Made by a program: the position numbers and the translations under genes. Below, in pieces: positions 38,875 through 51,419 of a stretch of 64,000 nt of DNA. The DNA is taken from NCBI GenBank assembly GCA_001662655.1, contig KV460215.1; one strand, written 5' to 3'. The notes below the pieces were generated by a model. It saw nothing but the letters and a program-made list of their open reading frames with translations. It searched no databases and had not been told where the DNA came from. Positions within the stretch are counted from its first letter, which is position 1; each line of letters starts with the position of its first letter. This DNA comes from Pseudogymnoascus verrucosus (lineage: Eukaryota).

Positions 38875-39278
38875 GTGGCTCTAAACTGCCATCGGAAGGG
38901 CGGGAATACTATCGTCAATTGCCACATTGAGATTTATGTCTCTGTACAAGGGTTGTTCTCGTGTCTGGACCCCAAAGGAACACTAATTAGAGAGTACTAC
39001 TGCACATCTGTACGTCTATGCTTATATCGAAGAATCAGTGGGCTGTTCGAAGCATTTGAAGGATTTAAAGGTGGCTGTAAGCTGGCATCATTAGAGGGGA
39101 GATCCCATCGTCAATTGCCACATTGAGACCGATAACCGGGATAGCAAGGGTTGTTCTCGTGTCTGCACCCCCAAAAGAGCGCTAGTGAGAGTTTACCAGC
39201 GCACGGTTACACGTTTAAACTTATACTGAGGAATTAGAGTGTTGTTTGAAGGATTGAAAGGATTCGAAGGATTTAAAG
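38875..39278 (+). repeat. Degenerate tandem duplication, unit about 196-208 bp
   Basis: Copies at 38875-39070 and 39071-39278 share GTGGCT, ATCGTCAATTGCCACATTGAGA, CAAGGGTTGTTCTCGTGTCTG and GAAGGATTTAAAG in the same order. Confidence 0.85.
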
Positions 39279-39607
39279 TATCCACATAATTCGCTTACAA
39301 TGATGTAGCCGCCCCCCACGGTGCAACTATTATTATACAACACTCCCAAAGCAAATTAATTGAAGGCTCAGCTTGAGATTTGCAACTCAAATGACCTCGT
39401 ATTATGCTGGTTACCGCCATCTTGGAGCCAACCTCTGTCAGTATCACCAAAACATTGATGGGCGCCTTGGGGGCTACTATTTTGTATATATATCTCGAAC
39501 AATTCTCACAATGAAGAAAGCATCCACGACAAACATTAGCTCAAACAGTAGCTAAGAAGCACACGGATTTTTGCTTATACTTCGGATAATCATTGCAAAT
39601 TCTCATC

Positions 39608-40141
39608 ATGGTTTCTCTCAAGCAAGCCCTTGTTATGGCGATGGCATTCATCGCCGTTAGTGCCACCCCAGTCGCCGTCACCGAAACAGTTACCATGGCC
39701 AAAGACTCTATTGCAGATGATTTCCAATCATCGAATCTTCCCAATGGGATTCTAGCAAGAGGCGGCGCTTGCGGTCAAGGCAACTGTCCTGATTACAACG
39801 ACGGCGTAGACTTGATCTACCAATGGACAGTTATCCCGCAGCCTGGAGTCGGGGGCGCCCCTCCCATCCCCCTCGTCACGATGGAATACCACGGCCGTTG
39901 GAACCATTGTGGCAAGTGTGGTCGGGTCAAGACTAACGGGGACGGATGCTTCAGTTTTACAGGCTGTGGTGTCAAGCAGGACGTCTGCATCGACAAGAAG
40001 AACAAGCGCATGCATCGCATCTACAGGGATAAGAACATTAAGAAGTGCTGGGGGATTAAACAGCATGACTTGGGGGGTTGCGGGTTTATCAAAGAGACTC
40101 TAATCTGGGAGCCTACCAACCAGATCTCGTGCAATTGGTAG
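39608..40141 (+). CDS. Small secreted cysteine-rich protein (177 aa, 10 Cys), effector- or toxin-like
   Basis: Signal peptide MVSLKQALVMAMAFIAVSA, propeptide ending ILAR, basic mature region with 10 Cys ending ISCNW. Intronless. Confidence 0.8.
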   Translation: MVSLKQALVMAMAFIAVSATPVAVTETVTMAKDSIADDFQSSNLPNGILARGGACGQGNCPDYNDGVDLIYQWTVIPQPGVGGAPPIPLVTMEYHGRWNHCGKCGRVKTNGDGCFSFTGCGVKQDVCIDKKNKRMHRIYRDKNIKKCWGIKQHDLGGCGFIKETLIWEPTNQISCNW

Positions 40142-41730
40142 CCTGGACTTGGCCATTCCATATGAATTGATATGGGGCGTAAGGCCCTTGATATTATGGA
40201 GAGTCGGCTGAGTGGATCAGCAGGGGAGAATGATGGATTGGGACAAGGAGCCGGAGAGGAGAAATGCTGAGGTGGACACAGTCACTACACTTGCGCAAAC
40301 GTGGTTGAGGAATTATATTTCAGTGTGTGTGGCTGCGGAAGAGCTACAGGTTAGAAGATGTAATATTTAGCAAATTTAAAATATGCAGCAGCTCGAACAT
40401 ATGATTGTGCAAGTCCAATTATTACAACATTGAGCGAGTCTCTGTCCACTAGCTATTGTGGAAAAAAATTGCGGTGCCCGCTTGATGTTAATATTGTATG
40501 TTCCGGCTCAAACAGAGCTTGAGCTTCTAATTATTTAGCCCTACCGCAAGCCTAACTCTATGCTCTAAACTCTATAGTATATAGCGCCCGAAGGTGATAT
40601 TACCGTTCTATATTCTAATAATATGCGCTGTTGGGCCACCTCATTCGCGAAGTATGACATTCATGGTTAGGCAAACGTTTTCTAATGCAACATGTTCGTG
40701 GTTTGACAAGAGCATATTAGTCGCGTGAACAGGGTGATCGCAGGATCGAAGACGGGCTATACTCCAGTATGGAGCCCAAGGTTTTGCAAGTGCAAATTTC
40801 TTCTTTTCAGATTTGGCAAACTCGACATGCACAAGAAGTCCTTTTATGGATGAAAGATGGAATACTGTCCCTTGACCCACCTGCGGCTTTGATCCACCAA
40901 CGGGAAGCCCGCTGGCGTTACCCGTGACGGCGTCACATTGGCAGAGTCTTGGCAGGATCTAGTGTTGAAATCAGGTGCTCGGCGTTTGGTTACAGTGCAC
41001 GGACAGTGTTCCTGGCCCTGACTTTAAATGGAATCGACATTTGTCCGTTGGTGCTACAATCAGCTTCGTCGTCACCGATAGATCGGGGCTCTGCGGATAT
41101 CAATACTTACTTTCACCGGAAACTGCAGGGTACAGTATAGTATGCAGAGTAAGTGAATACGAATACGGCGCTGCTGGCAACCGGATTACGATTACGTGGG
41201 AATAACGTGTGAAGGAAGCAAACACCCTCGCTAAAATCCGGAGCTTCGGAACCAACTGCCACGTCGCACTGTTCTTGTCAGCGACTTGGCAGGGCACCAA
41301 ATCGTTGGTCAGATACGGCACGGTAAAAGCCTTTTTGTTTTGCAAATAGAGTTATTTTCCCCCAGGTACAATGCTCCGCCACCATTACGGAAATGTCGGC
41401 CTCAAATTCAACCCACGCGACCTGCAGTACCATTCTGCTCTCCTGCTGGGTGTATTGGGGTCTCAGAAACATGGGTCATTCGGTAAGCTTCAGAGGAATA
41501 ATGCAACAGATCGTCAGGCGGAGATCGCTGATGTGGTATGACCGGACTACACGTGGGTAAAGTAAGTAAGCGCTGCGCATCCTTCAGTACTTATTATGAC
41601 GAGGCTTCCCTTTACCGACTTTTAATTTCTTCATCTCACCTTGAGACCTCTGACTCGTCCTGCTTCTGCGAAAGGCAAAGCCAAGTGCGACCTCTCATCC
41701 CATATTTTAAGAGACAGCAGCACGAAAGTC

Positions 41731-43489
41731 ATGCAGCTTTCAATTGGGAGCTCGGCAGCCTTGCTGGGCCTGGTTGGCCTGGTTTCTGCTAACCCCACTG
41801 GCAATGTTGAAGCTCGCGATGCGGCGGCTGCAGCTGCGGTTGCAGCGACGGCCACGTCGCCGGGGTCGTACTGCGTAAGTGCGATGCAATGTCTCAAGCT
41901 TTGCAGCCGATGCTAGGAGTAAAGTTAACAATGCTTTCCAGTGCCAAATTCTGAAGCTTGGACTGGGCTCCAAAATATCCTTCCCAAACAGTGCGCCTTA
42001 CAACGCATCCATTGGCTCGTACTTCTCCGAACAGAATAATGTCATTACACCAGCCTGTATTGTGTCCCCAGCAACAACTAAGGATGTCCAAGAAGCTGTC
42101 GGAATCTTGAGCACGCCCTCACTGGCAGGGCAATTCTCGGGTCGCGCGTGCCAGTTCGCAGTTCGAAGTGGTGGCCATACGCCATGGGCCGGATCGGCGA
42201 CGATTCAGGACGGAGTTGACATCGACCTGAGTGCGCTCAACCACGTCACCCCCGCAGAAAATAGGAAGACGGTTTCAATTGGACCAGGAAACAGGTGGAT
42301 TGATGTCTACCTGAAGCTTGATGCTCTTGGGCTCGGAGTATCAGGTGGCCGTGTTGCTTCTGTTGGAGTTGGCGGCCTCACAACCGGAGGCGGCATGTCC
42401 TTCTTTGCGCCACGATATGGCTTCGTCTGCGATACTGTTACCGAATTCGAGGTAAGACATGAATTCTGAATATATATTTTGGGGATTGCTGTGCTCACAT
42501 GCCAAGGTTGTCCTTGCATCTGGTAAAGTTGTCGTTGCAAACGCTAAGACCAACCCGACACTTTGGTCCGCTCTCAAGGGAGGCAGCAACAACCTCGGCG
42601 TTGTCACTCGCATTGATCTCGAAGTTTTCGACCAAGGTAAATTCTGGGGTGGAAGCGTCGTTTATCCAATTTCCACAGCTCCACAACACCTCGCTGCCTT
42701 TGTCAACTTCAATGGCCAGAAGAACTTTGACGAGTATGGTGCCATTATTAATAGCTATGGCTACAGTAAGAGCCAAGGAGGGTGGTTCGTCTCCAACAAC
42801 TATGAATATACGAAAGCGCAGGAGTACCCACCAGTTTTCAATGATTTCACCAGCATCCAGCCCCAGCTGTTCAGCACCATGCGCATCAGCAACATGTCCG
42901 ACTTTGGAATAGAGATGGAGGGCTCCACTCCTTATGGGAGAGGCCAAATCATGTACACTCAGACATATGCGAATGACCTGGAAACCATCACCAACCTATT
43001 CAACCAAGCCAACACTTCGCTGCAGCCTGTTGCCGACGTTGAAGGCCTGGTTTGGTCCCTTTCGCTTCAGCCATTGCCAACCCAAATTACGAAGTGGGGT
43101 GATATTAAGGGCGGGAACTCCCTCGGTCTCCATGAATCGAGCGGCAACCTAGTTCGTAAGTGACACCGTTCTCTCGTATCTTTGCTGGCGTCACTTGACA
43201 CATAACTAATGACATTGTTCTAGTGGCGCTTATGAGTGCCTCTTGGCCAAACCCCTCCGACGAGAAGGCAGTCACCGAGGCTATAATTGACACGCTTGCT
43301 AAGGCCAACGCTTTCGCCCAGAAGAAGGGGACCTTTAATGAGTACGAGTACCTGAACTACGCACACAAGACCCAGACCCCGATCACAGGATACGGAGCCA
43401 AGAATGTGGCGAAGCTAAAGGCGGCCAGCCATAAGTACGATCCGCTCCAGGTGTTCCAGAAGAGGGTGCCTGGTGGATTCAAGCTGTAG
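41731..43489 (+). CDS. Secreted FAD-linked oxidoreductase (BBE/VAO-like), 4 exons
   Basis: Signal peptide, PACIVSP, FAVRSGGH (flavinylation His), GVGGLTTGGG, ALKGGSNNLGVVT, YLNYA, KYDP..VFQ..VPGGFKL. Introns at about 41875-41941, 42452-42505 and 43157-43223. Confidence 0.9.
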
Positions 43490-44815
43490 AATGGGGTTGG
43501 CGAAAGAATATTTTGCTTTCATATATGGGTTCATTTTTGCTATATTTGTCTTGGATAGCCGGAGCTTTAGACCCGGGGCGTTATACTTGGTCGAGCGATA
43601 TTTGTAATTCACGTTTGTTGCTTGACGCTAGATAAGCTCACTCTACTATATAAAATCAAAATTTACCACTTAGCAAAATCATGAGTCCTGATTTAGTCGG
43701 CCGACTGTGCGACAGAGTGTGGTGATGGGTGGTATCCTATGTTCACCGAGATGAATATAGGGTATATGAAACACCGCCTGGAGACGGCTGGAGACGGTCA
43801 TATCTTTCCGAAGCTCGCGAGACAGCTGGAAATAGGGGAAGGGGGGAGGAATTGCAAGATGTGCAACCCAAGAGAAATAAATATTGGCAGAACATATTCC
43901 TCGTGATACCACTTTATCGCTGTCACACTTGAGCTCAGCCATCGCGAGGGTCCCGACACATCCTATTTCAGCTTAATCTCCGTTTTCGCTCTGTGCATTC
44001 CACTTTCGCTCTCCGGTGTCTTTCTCTGCCATCGCATAAATTTCGGCTACTCTAGCTTGCAGTAGCAGCTATTAACTTGTGAGCGTTGATCTGCTATTAT
44101 AACTCTTTGTGATAAGCATATTATGAGGCTCAGATGACGTACCCTTGGGTCCAGACGGCGCTAAGGGTACGGTCTAGGCGTGTCAAACCCGCGGAGTTGC
44201 GGCGCTTTACGTCTGAAGTTGCATGCCAAGACCTGTAATTCGACGGAAGCGGCGATATTCAAACGATGCACTTCGTCGTATGTCTATGGAATGGAACGAA
44301 GCATACCATCCATACAAATCAACAAACACTGCGTTCCTATCGGACCTATATCTGGCTGCATGTGGCTGCATGCCTTGCAAGGCATTCCTACCGGATCTTA
44401 CTTCAGAGGCCGAGGTCGAGACGGTTAGGGGATGAATCATATTCTACACGCGCACTATTCGTTCTGAGATCCTTCGGCCAATATTTCGTCTTGATCGGCA
44501 CAATTTATTGTGTCCGGTGAGAGTTTTACCCCACATTGATTGGGCCCATCGGCCCCACTAATGCAACGTCAGAATTAAGCTTGGTACAGCCTCGGAGATG
44601 ACAGACCTTCGCCGCCAATTCCGAACTTTACACGAGTAACCGGTTAGGTGCTGGCAGTAACTGGTAGGTCACGAACAGACGATGCTAGTAGGTCATTATC
44701 GTCAATGTGATAGATTACTAGGTAGGTATTTAATCAGGTGGGTGCCTCTCGTGCCTTGTCATCCTATGTTTTGTGGTTTTGTTTCTTCTGGAGTTGTTGC
44801 CAGCGCCTCTCGGTC

Positions 44816-46598
44816 ATGATGTTAGCGGCTATTTTGTATATACTGCCGCTATTTACTGTCTCTGTGCTTGCGCTTCCAGCTGAGCCAGATGTCAATGTTG
44901 TTGATCTGGGCTACTCTTCATATCAAGGGACCTCTCTTGAGAATGGTGTATCGCGGTGGCTCGGCATACGATATGCTGCGCCTCCAGTAGGAGACTTGCG
45001 ATTTAGGGCGCCCACAGATCCTCTCAAGACCACAACTCTACAAAGGGCAGACGCAGTAAGTCTCGCGCACCGTCCTATTAGTTTTTTGAGAAATTAACTT
45101 AAGTGCGTCTTTACAGTTTGGCAATGTATGCATCTCGACAACTGCACCTCCCAATACCGCGGGTTACTCAGAAGACTGCCTCTTCTTAGACGTCTACGCG
45201 CCTACAAACGCCAAACAAGGGAAACCACTGCCAGTTTTTATTTATATTCAAGGTGGCGGCTTCAATTCGAATTCCAATCCTAACTACAGTGGCGTGGGTC
45301 TCGTCAAAGCCTCTGACAATAATATTATTGTCATCACATTTAATTATCGTGTTGGTCCCTACGGATTTTTGGCCAGTGATGAGATTAGGAAAGGAGGCGA
45401 TTTTAATATTGGACTGAAAGACCAGAGGAAGGTGTTTGAGTGGGTGCAAAGACATATTAGCGAGGTACGATTATCTTCATTTTTTAACCTCTGGAAGCTA
45501 GCTAACGGATGAGCAGTTTGGTGGAGATCCCAAACATGTCACGCTCGGAGGATGCAGCGCTGGAGCAGCATCCATCGATCTTCATTTAACGGCATATGGC
45601 GGTCGTGATGATAACCTGTTCCATGCTACGGCTGCCGAGAGTCCATCTTTTGGAGTCCAGTTTACTGTTAAAGAGAGCCAGTACCAATACGACGCCCTGG
45701 TGGAACGCGCTGGTTGCAAGTCGGCCTCTGACACTTTGGCTTGTTTACGAGAGCTCTCGGAAAGAGATTTACAGTCTGTCAATTTCAACATCCCAACACC
45801 AGGGGGAATGGATGATCTACCGCTCTTTATGTACTCAAACGTTGTTGATGGAGATATCACAACCGATTTTACATATAATCTTTTTGGACAGGGAAAATTC
45901 ATCAAAGTTCCCGTAATTTTCGGGTATGTTCCCACTCTCACAGTTTTCTCCAAACCCGCTGATCACAGCCTAGTGATGATACAAACGGCGGTACAATCTT
46001 CGCCCCAATGTCGGCTGATACCGCCACAGCGATGAATTACTTTCTCCGCACGCAATTTCCCCTACTTACCAAGGAGCATCTCGCGCGTATCGATGAGTTA
46101 TACCCAGAGGGCAACAAATATCCAAATGCCGGTCGCTACTGGCAGTCCACCTCCGACGCCTACGGCCACATGCGCTACATGTGTCCCGCAATGTACCTCA
46201 GCGCCGTATACGCCAATAAATCGATCCCTAGCTGGAACTACCGCTACAACGTCGAAGACCCTGTCAGCAAAGCCAACGGCCTTGGCGTTTCGCACACTAT
46301 TGAAGTGTCTGCGATTTTTGGGCCAGAGTATTCGCGCGGCGCGGCGCCGGCATCATACTACTCGATAAACAAAAATGCGGTTCCCTTGATGCAGGGATAC
46401 TGGACAAGCTTTATCCGGACGTACGACCCGAATGTGTTTCGGATGGAGGGGAGCCCAAGGTGGGAACAGTGGGGCGGGGAGAAGGGGATGAATCGGATTC
46501 GGCTTGAGACTAATACTACGGAGATGGAGGTTGTGAATATTCACCTGCAGGCGAGATGTGATTTTTTTAGCGAGATTGGCCCGTTGATACACCAGTGA
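44816..46598 (+). CDS. Secreted carboxylesterase type B / lipase, 4 exons
   Basis: Signal peptide, WLGIRYAAPPVGDLRF, SEDCLFLDV, IQGGGF, NYRVGPYGFL, FGGDP, nucleophile GCSAG, GVSH. Confidence 0.88.
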
Positions 46599-46884
46599 GA
46601 GGGAAGTAAATTTTATTAACGGATTTTTATATCATCTGATATTCTCTACATGCTCCCAGTAGCCGGTATTCAGGTGTGGTTGTCATGAAAATTAAGCATT
46701 AGAGTTAACTATGATAACGATATAATCCAAGATACTGCGCTACAGGTGGCATTCTAAAGCGGCCTCCAAGATGCCGTGTCTCAAATTGACTCGAAGCAAC
46801 AATCTAGAACACGGGTTTATTTTGGGAGCACGAAATTTTTACCAGACCATTTGAGACATCTGGATAAGCCACACAAGATATCTC

Positions 46885-47247
46885 ACACCCTCCCGTACTA
46901 CTCGCGCCCTCGCATGCGGGACCCGTGCAATTAAGGCCGCGCGTATTAAAGACATCTGAATACAAAAATGAGTCGGTCTTAGTCCAGCTCGGCTTCAATA
47001 CAAGATCTTCATTCGTGATCTTAATATTGCGCCTAGGTTTGACGGCAATACATTGGAGGCCGTAACCTTGGTATCCTTTGTGGTCACGCGGGCGGAGTGG
47101 ATGTTGATATCGGAGATCTCAAATTTGGAGGGGGTGCAGTTTTTCGGGGCCAGCACCACCTTTGAATGTCATGCACTGGGAAATGGTAGAGTGTGTGCCA
47201 CTGCCACTTTCCGGACCGGTGTCGGAGAAGTGAAGGCCTTTTGGGCC
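46885..47247 (-). pseudogene. Frameshifted C-terminal relic of a GH28 exo-rhamnogalacturonase/exo-polygalacturonase-like gene
   Basis: Read across two frameshifts: TISQCMTFKGGAG / NCTPSKFEISDINI..TTKDTKVT / LQCIAVKPRRNIKITNEDLVL...SFLYSDVFNTRGLNCTGPACEGASSTGGC. This resembles the Cys-rich C-terminus of fungal Rgx-type GH28 enzymes. It is preceded by an intron-acceptor-like CTGAC...TAG. No 5' part is present. Confidence 0.6.
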
Positions 47248-47461
47248 TAGAATTTGTGTCAGTAGTGCATGTCAGAGACAATGTGGTCTAATAATAAACA
47301 CGTTGGAGCGAAGAAACAGAAAGACTACTTACATCCATAGCCATCTCCTCTACAACTTAGAAAGCATATAGCCTGTTCACCTGTCCATGTTTTAAAGTAT
47401 GCGACGTGTAGCTTTTCAAAAACTCAACAAGTTCATTCTGAAAATAGCTACCGAGAGGGAT

Positions 47462-48452
47462 CTAGCCCGTCATCGTGATCCCAGTCTCCATTTCTAGCAG
47501 TCTCTCGCCTTTTCCCGACCTCACTGCCTTCAACATTCTGCCGGGATGCAGCAATAAAAAGGTCAAGGCCACTAGAGCCATTGGCGCCGCGTCGAAAATA
47601 TACAGAAAGATCTCGTTAGAGCCAATCGAGCCAGATCCTTCCTTCTTAGGTATAGTGATGGTGCCATCTGTATTCCGCGTCGCATAGGAAATGCCCCCAC
47701 TGGTAGCTTGTTGCGCATATTCGATGGCGCGCACCAAGTTACGCACAATAAAAAGCACGCTCACTACATACAGGCCCCAGAAGTACTTCCTGCTCATGGG
47801 CCAGCGCGATGGCATCGCCGTGTAGACCTCGTGCCGGCCATTGAGTCGGGAATGCACACGGATAGCCATCAGGACGAAGAAGGCGAAGGCGACGAGCTGG
47901 AAGATTAAGCCCCCAAGAATTGCCTTATTGCCAATGTTAATGATCTTAGGGTCACCTGAAGCCTGGATGCCTGCACCCATGAACTGGCTAACAAAGCAAA
48001 GAACATCGATAAGGATGTAGATGCGTGTGATCCAACGGGGGGCGATCATTGCGTGATCGTGAGCGTCGAGGGCGACTATGTACCGGCCTAGCGTCATGTA
48101 TACAGTGGCAGCAAGAAAGGTAGGGCCGCCGAGGATGAGTACGTTCTGTAGCATCCAAGAACCGATTTCAGATATGTTTTCGTGAGCTTTGGTGCGCCCA
48201 TAATAACCAAAGGTCTCGCCTGAGGGGGTTAGCAGTGAGGGATTAGAATTATGAAGAGAACTGACAGATGCCGCCTAAAATAAAGGACAAAAAGTACCAT
48301 GACCGCAGTGGAAACATGTAAATAATGTGTGCGATAGTAAGAAAGGCAAACGAGCCCATAAAGACGTAAGCCGCTGGGAGCGAGGGTGTGTAGGGGAAAA
48401 AGATAGCGCCAGTGATGTTGCCTCCGGGCTCTCGAATGAGTGTAATATCCAT
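47462..48452 (-). CDS. RTA1-like (lipid-translocating exporter family) membrane protein, 2 exons
   Basis: FPYTPSLPAA, GGICETFGYYGR (intron 48220-48265), PTFLAATVYMTLGR, DVLCFVSQFMG, VRNLVRAIEY, NEIFLYIFDA, HPG. Confidence 0.9.
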
Positions 48453-49126
48453 ATGTGTAGTTTGTGGCTAGACTTATTGAGGACAGAATTCAAGGCGTTG
48501 GATGATGTGAGCTGAATGCAAGAGAAATCGCGGTCTTCAATATATATACCTCCATGTCATGCATAGTACAATATATATAGAAGGTTGCGCGTACGAAACT
48601 GCCTTACCGTAACTAGGTCGTTAAGACGAATACGAAAACCCATTATATTCGATTTAATGTTTGTGATAGGAAAAGAGTGAAGAGTATGGGCATGGGTTTT
48701 TGGGATTAGACGCCGAAAGCTGTGGCTCCTAAAACGGGTCGCGAACGGGTCGCGAAGTAAAACTTTCAACCTAGTCTACTTTAGGAAATGCAGAACGAAT
48801 ACGCAACTTAGCGCCTGAACCTCACTGACTGCCGGTCTCGAGTGCGCAACAGCTTAGCAAGGGTGGGACGACCCAGAACCTTTAATCGACACTTAAATAC
48901 TTCAATCCCTCGTATGCAATATCCCAAAACGTATATTCTACACGAGAACCACGCATCTGAGCTTGTCCCAACTGCCTTGCACCTCTAGCTTCAGAAACCT
49001 GCGGTCCATACAATTGATGCCAATTAGTGCTTGCTGCAACATCTGATTGGCTTGCTGGACTTAGAAAGCCTTCTGTCCTGAAGGGAGCTGGAGGTATTTT
49101 TGGTACGGAATGCTGAATAGGATATT

Positions 49127-50385
49127 ATGACCCGGAAATCGCATTCAAAATCTCGTCGCGGTTGCCTTGCCTGTAAGAAACGCCGTATCAAGGTATGCAT
49201 CTTCATTAATAGTTACAACATACTCCTTCAGATTTGGTTTTTAAACACAGAACAATTATCATGGGTCAGTTACTGACTCTACTATGTTTGCGACCAAAGT
49301 GCGACGAGGAAAAGCCCAGCTGTAAGAAGTGTACTCTACGCGACCTAGTCTGTACCTATCCATCAACTTCAGTAATCTGGGTGCATCGAGAACCACCCTC
49401 ATTAACAGACAAAGAGGAACATGGCACAAGAGATGGAGCCTCACCACCTCAGTACAGCCTGAAAACACAAGAAGAAAAGCCATCAACCATAAAAGAATCA
49501 ACACTCAACCTCGATAACATAGATCTCATAATCCACTGGTTTACGAAGACTGTGCATACCGTCAATCCACCAACCAACCTCGCCGCGAAAGAAATATGTC
49601 AAACTGTTATCCTAGAACAAGCAAGGAAACACCCGTTTCTCCTCCACGGACTTCTCGCACTTTCTGCCCTACACCTTGCAGACTCCCACTCAGATACCGA
49701 ACCATACACTAAAATCGCCACTATCCATCACACACAAGGACTTGAACTATATTACTCCATTCTATCGAATATCAACAAGGAAAACTATTCAGCGAGTATT
49801 GCATTCGCAGGTATAACCATCATGTATGCCTTTGGAATCTCTCGGCCACGAGGAACAAAACCGCCGGGTATAGAACTCATCGACCGCCTATCACAGATCT
49901 TCCTCCTTTCACATGGGTGGCAAAGTGTTGTCAATGCCGCAGATGGGCTGGATCGCGGGACGGGAACCCCCATATTTCCTGCTCCTCATAGCCACACTGG
50001 AGCTTTACCTACAGCTACGGAAGCGGCTTTTGCACGCCTAAACGATATGAATCATGGCCGAGACACGGCGGTTTACACGCTTGCAATTTCGACACTGAAA
50101 TCCGTCTTTTACAATCTAGAAACGGACAGAGATAATCCGCATATTGCATTGCAATGGGCCCACACACTACCTAAAGAGTTCCTGGACTTACTTCATCAGC
50201 GGCAAAATCTTGCTTTGGTGATTGTAGGGTATTATTGTGTAGTGCTGGATGCATTGAAGGAAGTTTGGTGGCTTAATGGTTGGAGCATAAACCTTTTCGG
50301 TGTTATTTTAACAAATACCGATCCTTCCTATCGGGATGTGCTGGAATGGCCAATACAGATGATTGGGTTTGAGGAGGGAGAGTAA
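49127..50385 (+). CDS. Upc2-like Zn2Cys6 transcription factor, 2 exons
   Basis: MTRKSHSKSRRGCLACKKRRIK|CDEEKPSCKKCTLRDLVC (intron 49193-49299), FLLHGLLALSALHL, WWLNGWS, LEWP. Confidence 0.88.
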
Positions 50386-50510
50386 TACCTGGTACAAAGT
50401 TCTCATTCCTGTGGGAATTGAAGAGCTTTCCGAGGTTGTCCCATAGGCGACGGTCTATTATGTACATACAATTAGGGAGCAAAGGCTGCCTGAGAATTCG
50501 ATCAGATATC

Positions 50511-51419
50511 TCAATCAGTTTCCCCTATAAATCTAAATGTACAACCCGGAACCGCAGTACCATCTATCTTAATTAAGCACCTCACAACTTCGTATGCATC
50601 AGTCTCGTATTTTCTCAGCGCATCCTCGTGTTCTTCTGACATAACTTGGTATGCCGATCCCTTAACGCAGCTCCTCTCGGATCCATTAACAAGCGCTTTG
50701 TACTTTCCATTGCCCCATGTCTCCATTCTCCCTCCCATTACACTGGCATCGTACAAAATCGGAATGTCATCTCCAGAGAATGAAATAAGAGAGCATAGCT
50801 TGGGAACACTATCGAGGGTACCGTAAAAGAAATACCAAACAGGGAACTGGTTTTGTGTTCGCCCAAAGGAGTGGGGTGCACTGAGTAAATGTGAATCTTG
50901 TGGCCTGAATTGCGGGAGCGTTGTGTCCTTTCCGAGTGTTGGGTAAAGTGAGTGTGAGGATAGTTCCTTGTAGGCTATTTTGACTGGGATAAACAGAGGT
51001 CTGAATAGAGGCCCATTCCGGTTAGAAAGCCAGCTCTCGATGGCTATCTTTGTCCGGCCATCGACTTTGCAAAACACAGCATCCACGTCAACGCTACTTC
51101 CGTGGTGGGATTCTGGGATGGTTTCAAGGTTTGCGGCTATTTGAATCCTTTGTGGGGTAGAGATGGGACCATTTAGTCTGAGGAGATAAACCGCGCGTGC
51201 CTGTGCAGGCGATAGTGTTGCTTGCTGTGTTAAAGTAGATGGCTTCGTAGCGTTTTGAGTGATTCCAATTACCGCTGCAGCTTCTTCGTATGTGTAGCCA
51301 AAGCGGTCTTGCCACATCTTAATTGTTCCCTTATTTGTATGCGGTATATCGTCGTCATCGTCGGGCTCCTCATACACGGCAGCAACCGCCAAGTTCTCCA
51401 ACTCGTCAAACAAATCCAT
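50511..51419 (-). CDS. Gamma-glutamylcyclotransferase/AIG2-like domain protein
   Basis: C-terminal WYFFYGTL...KYKALV...VKGSAY...LRKYETDAYEVVRC. Intronless 302-aa ORF. Confidence 0.75.
   Translation of the reverse strand: MDLFDELENLAVAAVYEEPDDDDDIPHTNKGTIKMWQDRFGYTYEEAAAVIGITQNATKPSTLTQQATLSPAQARAVYLLRLNGPISTPQRIQIAANLETIPESHHGSSVDVDAVFCKVDGRTKIAIESWLSNRNGPLFRPLFIPVKIAYKELSSHSLYPTLGKDTTLPQFRPQDSHLLSAPHSFGRTQNQFPVWYFFYGTLDSVPKLCSLISFSGDDIPILYDASVMGGRMETWGNGKYKALVNGSERSCVKGSAYQVMSEEHEDALRKYETDAYEVVRCLIKIDGTAVPGCTFRFIGETD

Noticed and set aside
40480..40880. AT/TA-rich stretch and 79-aa ORF, possible RIP-mutated repeat
   Set aside because: No terminal repeats or transposase motifs recognisable.
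43679..44520. Short ORFs with a faint F-box-like FPYFQLSRELR segment
   Set aside because: Too short and fragmentary to support a gene or pseudogene call without a search.
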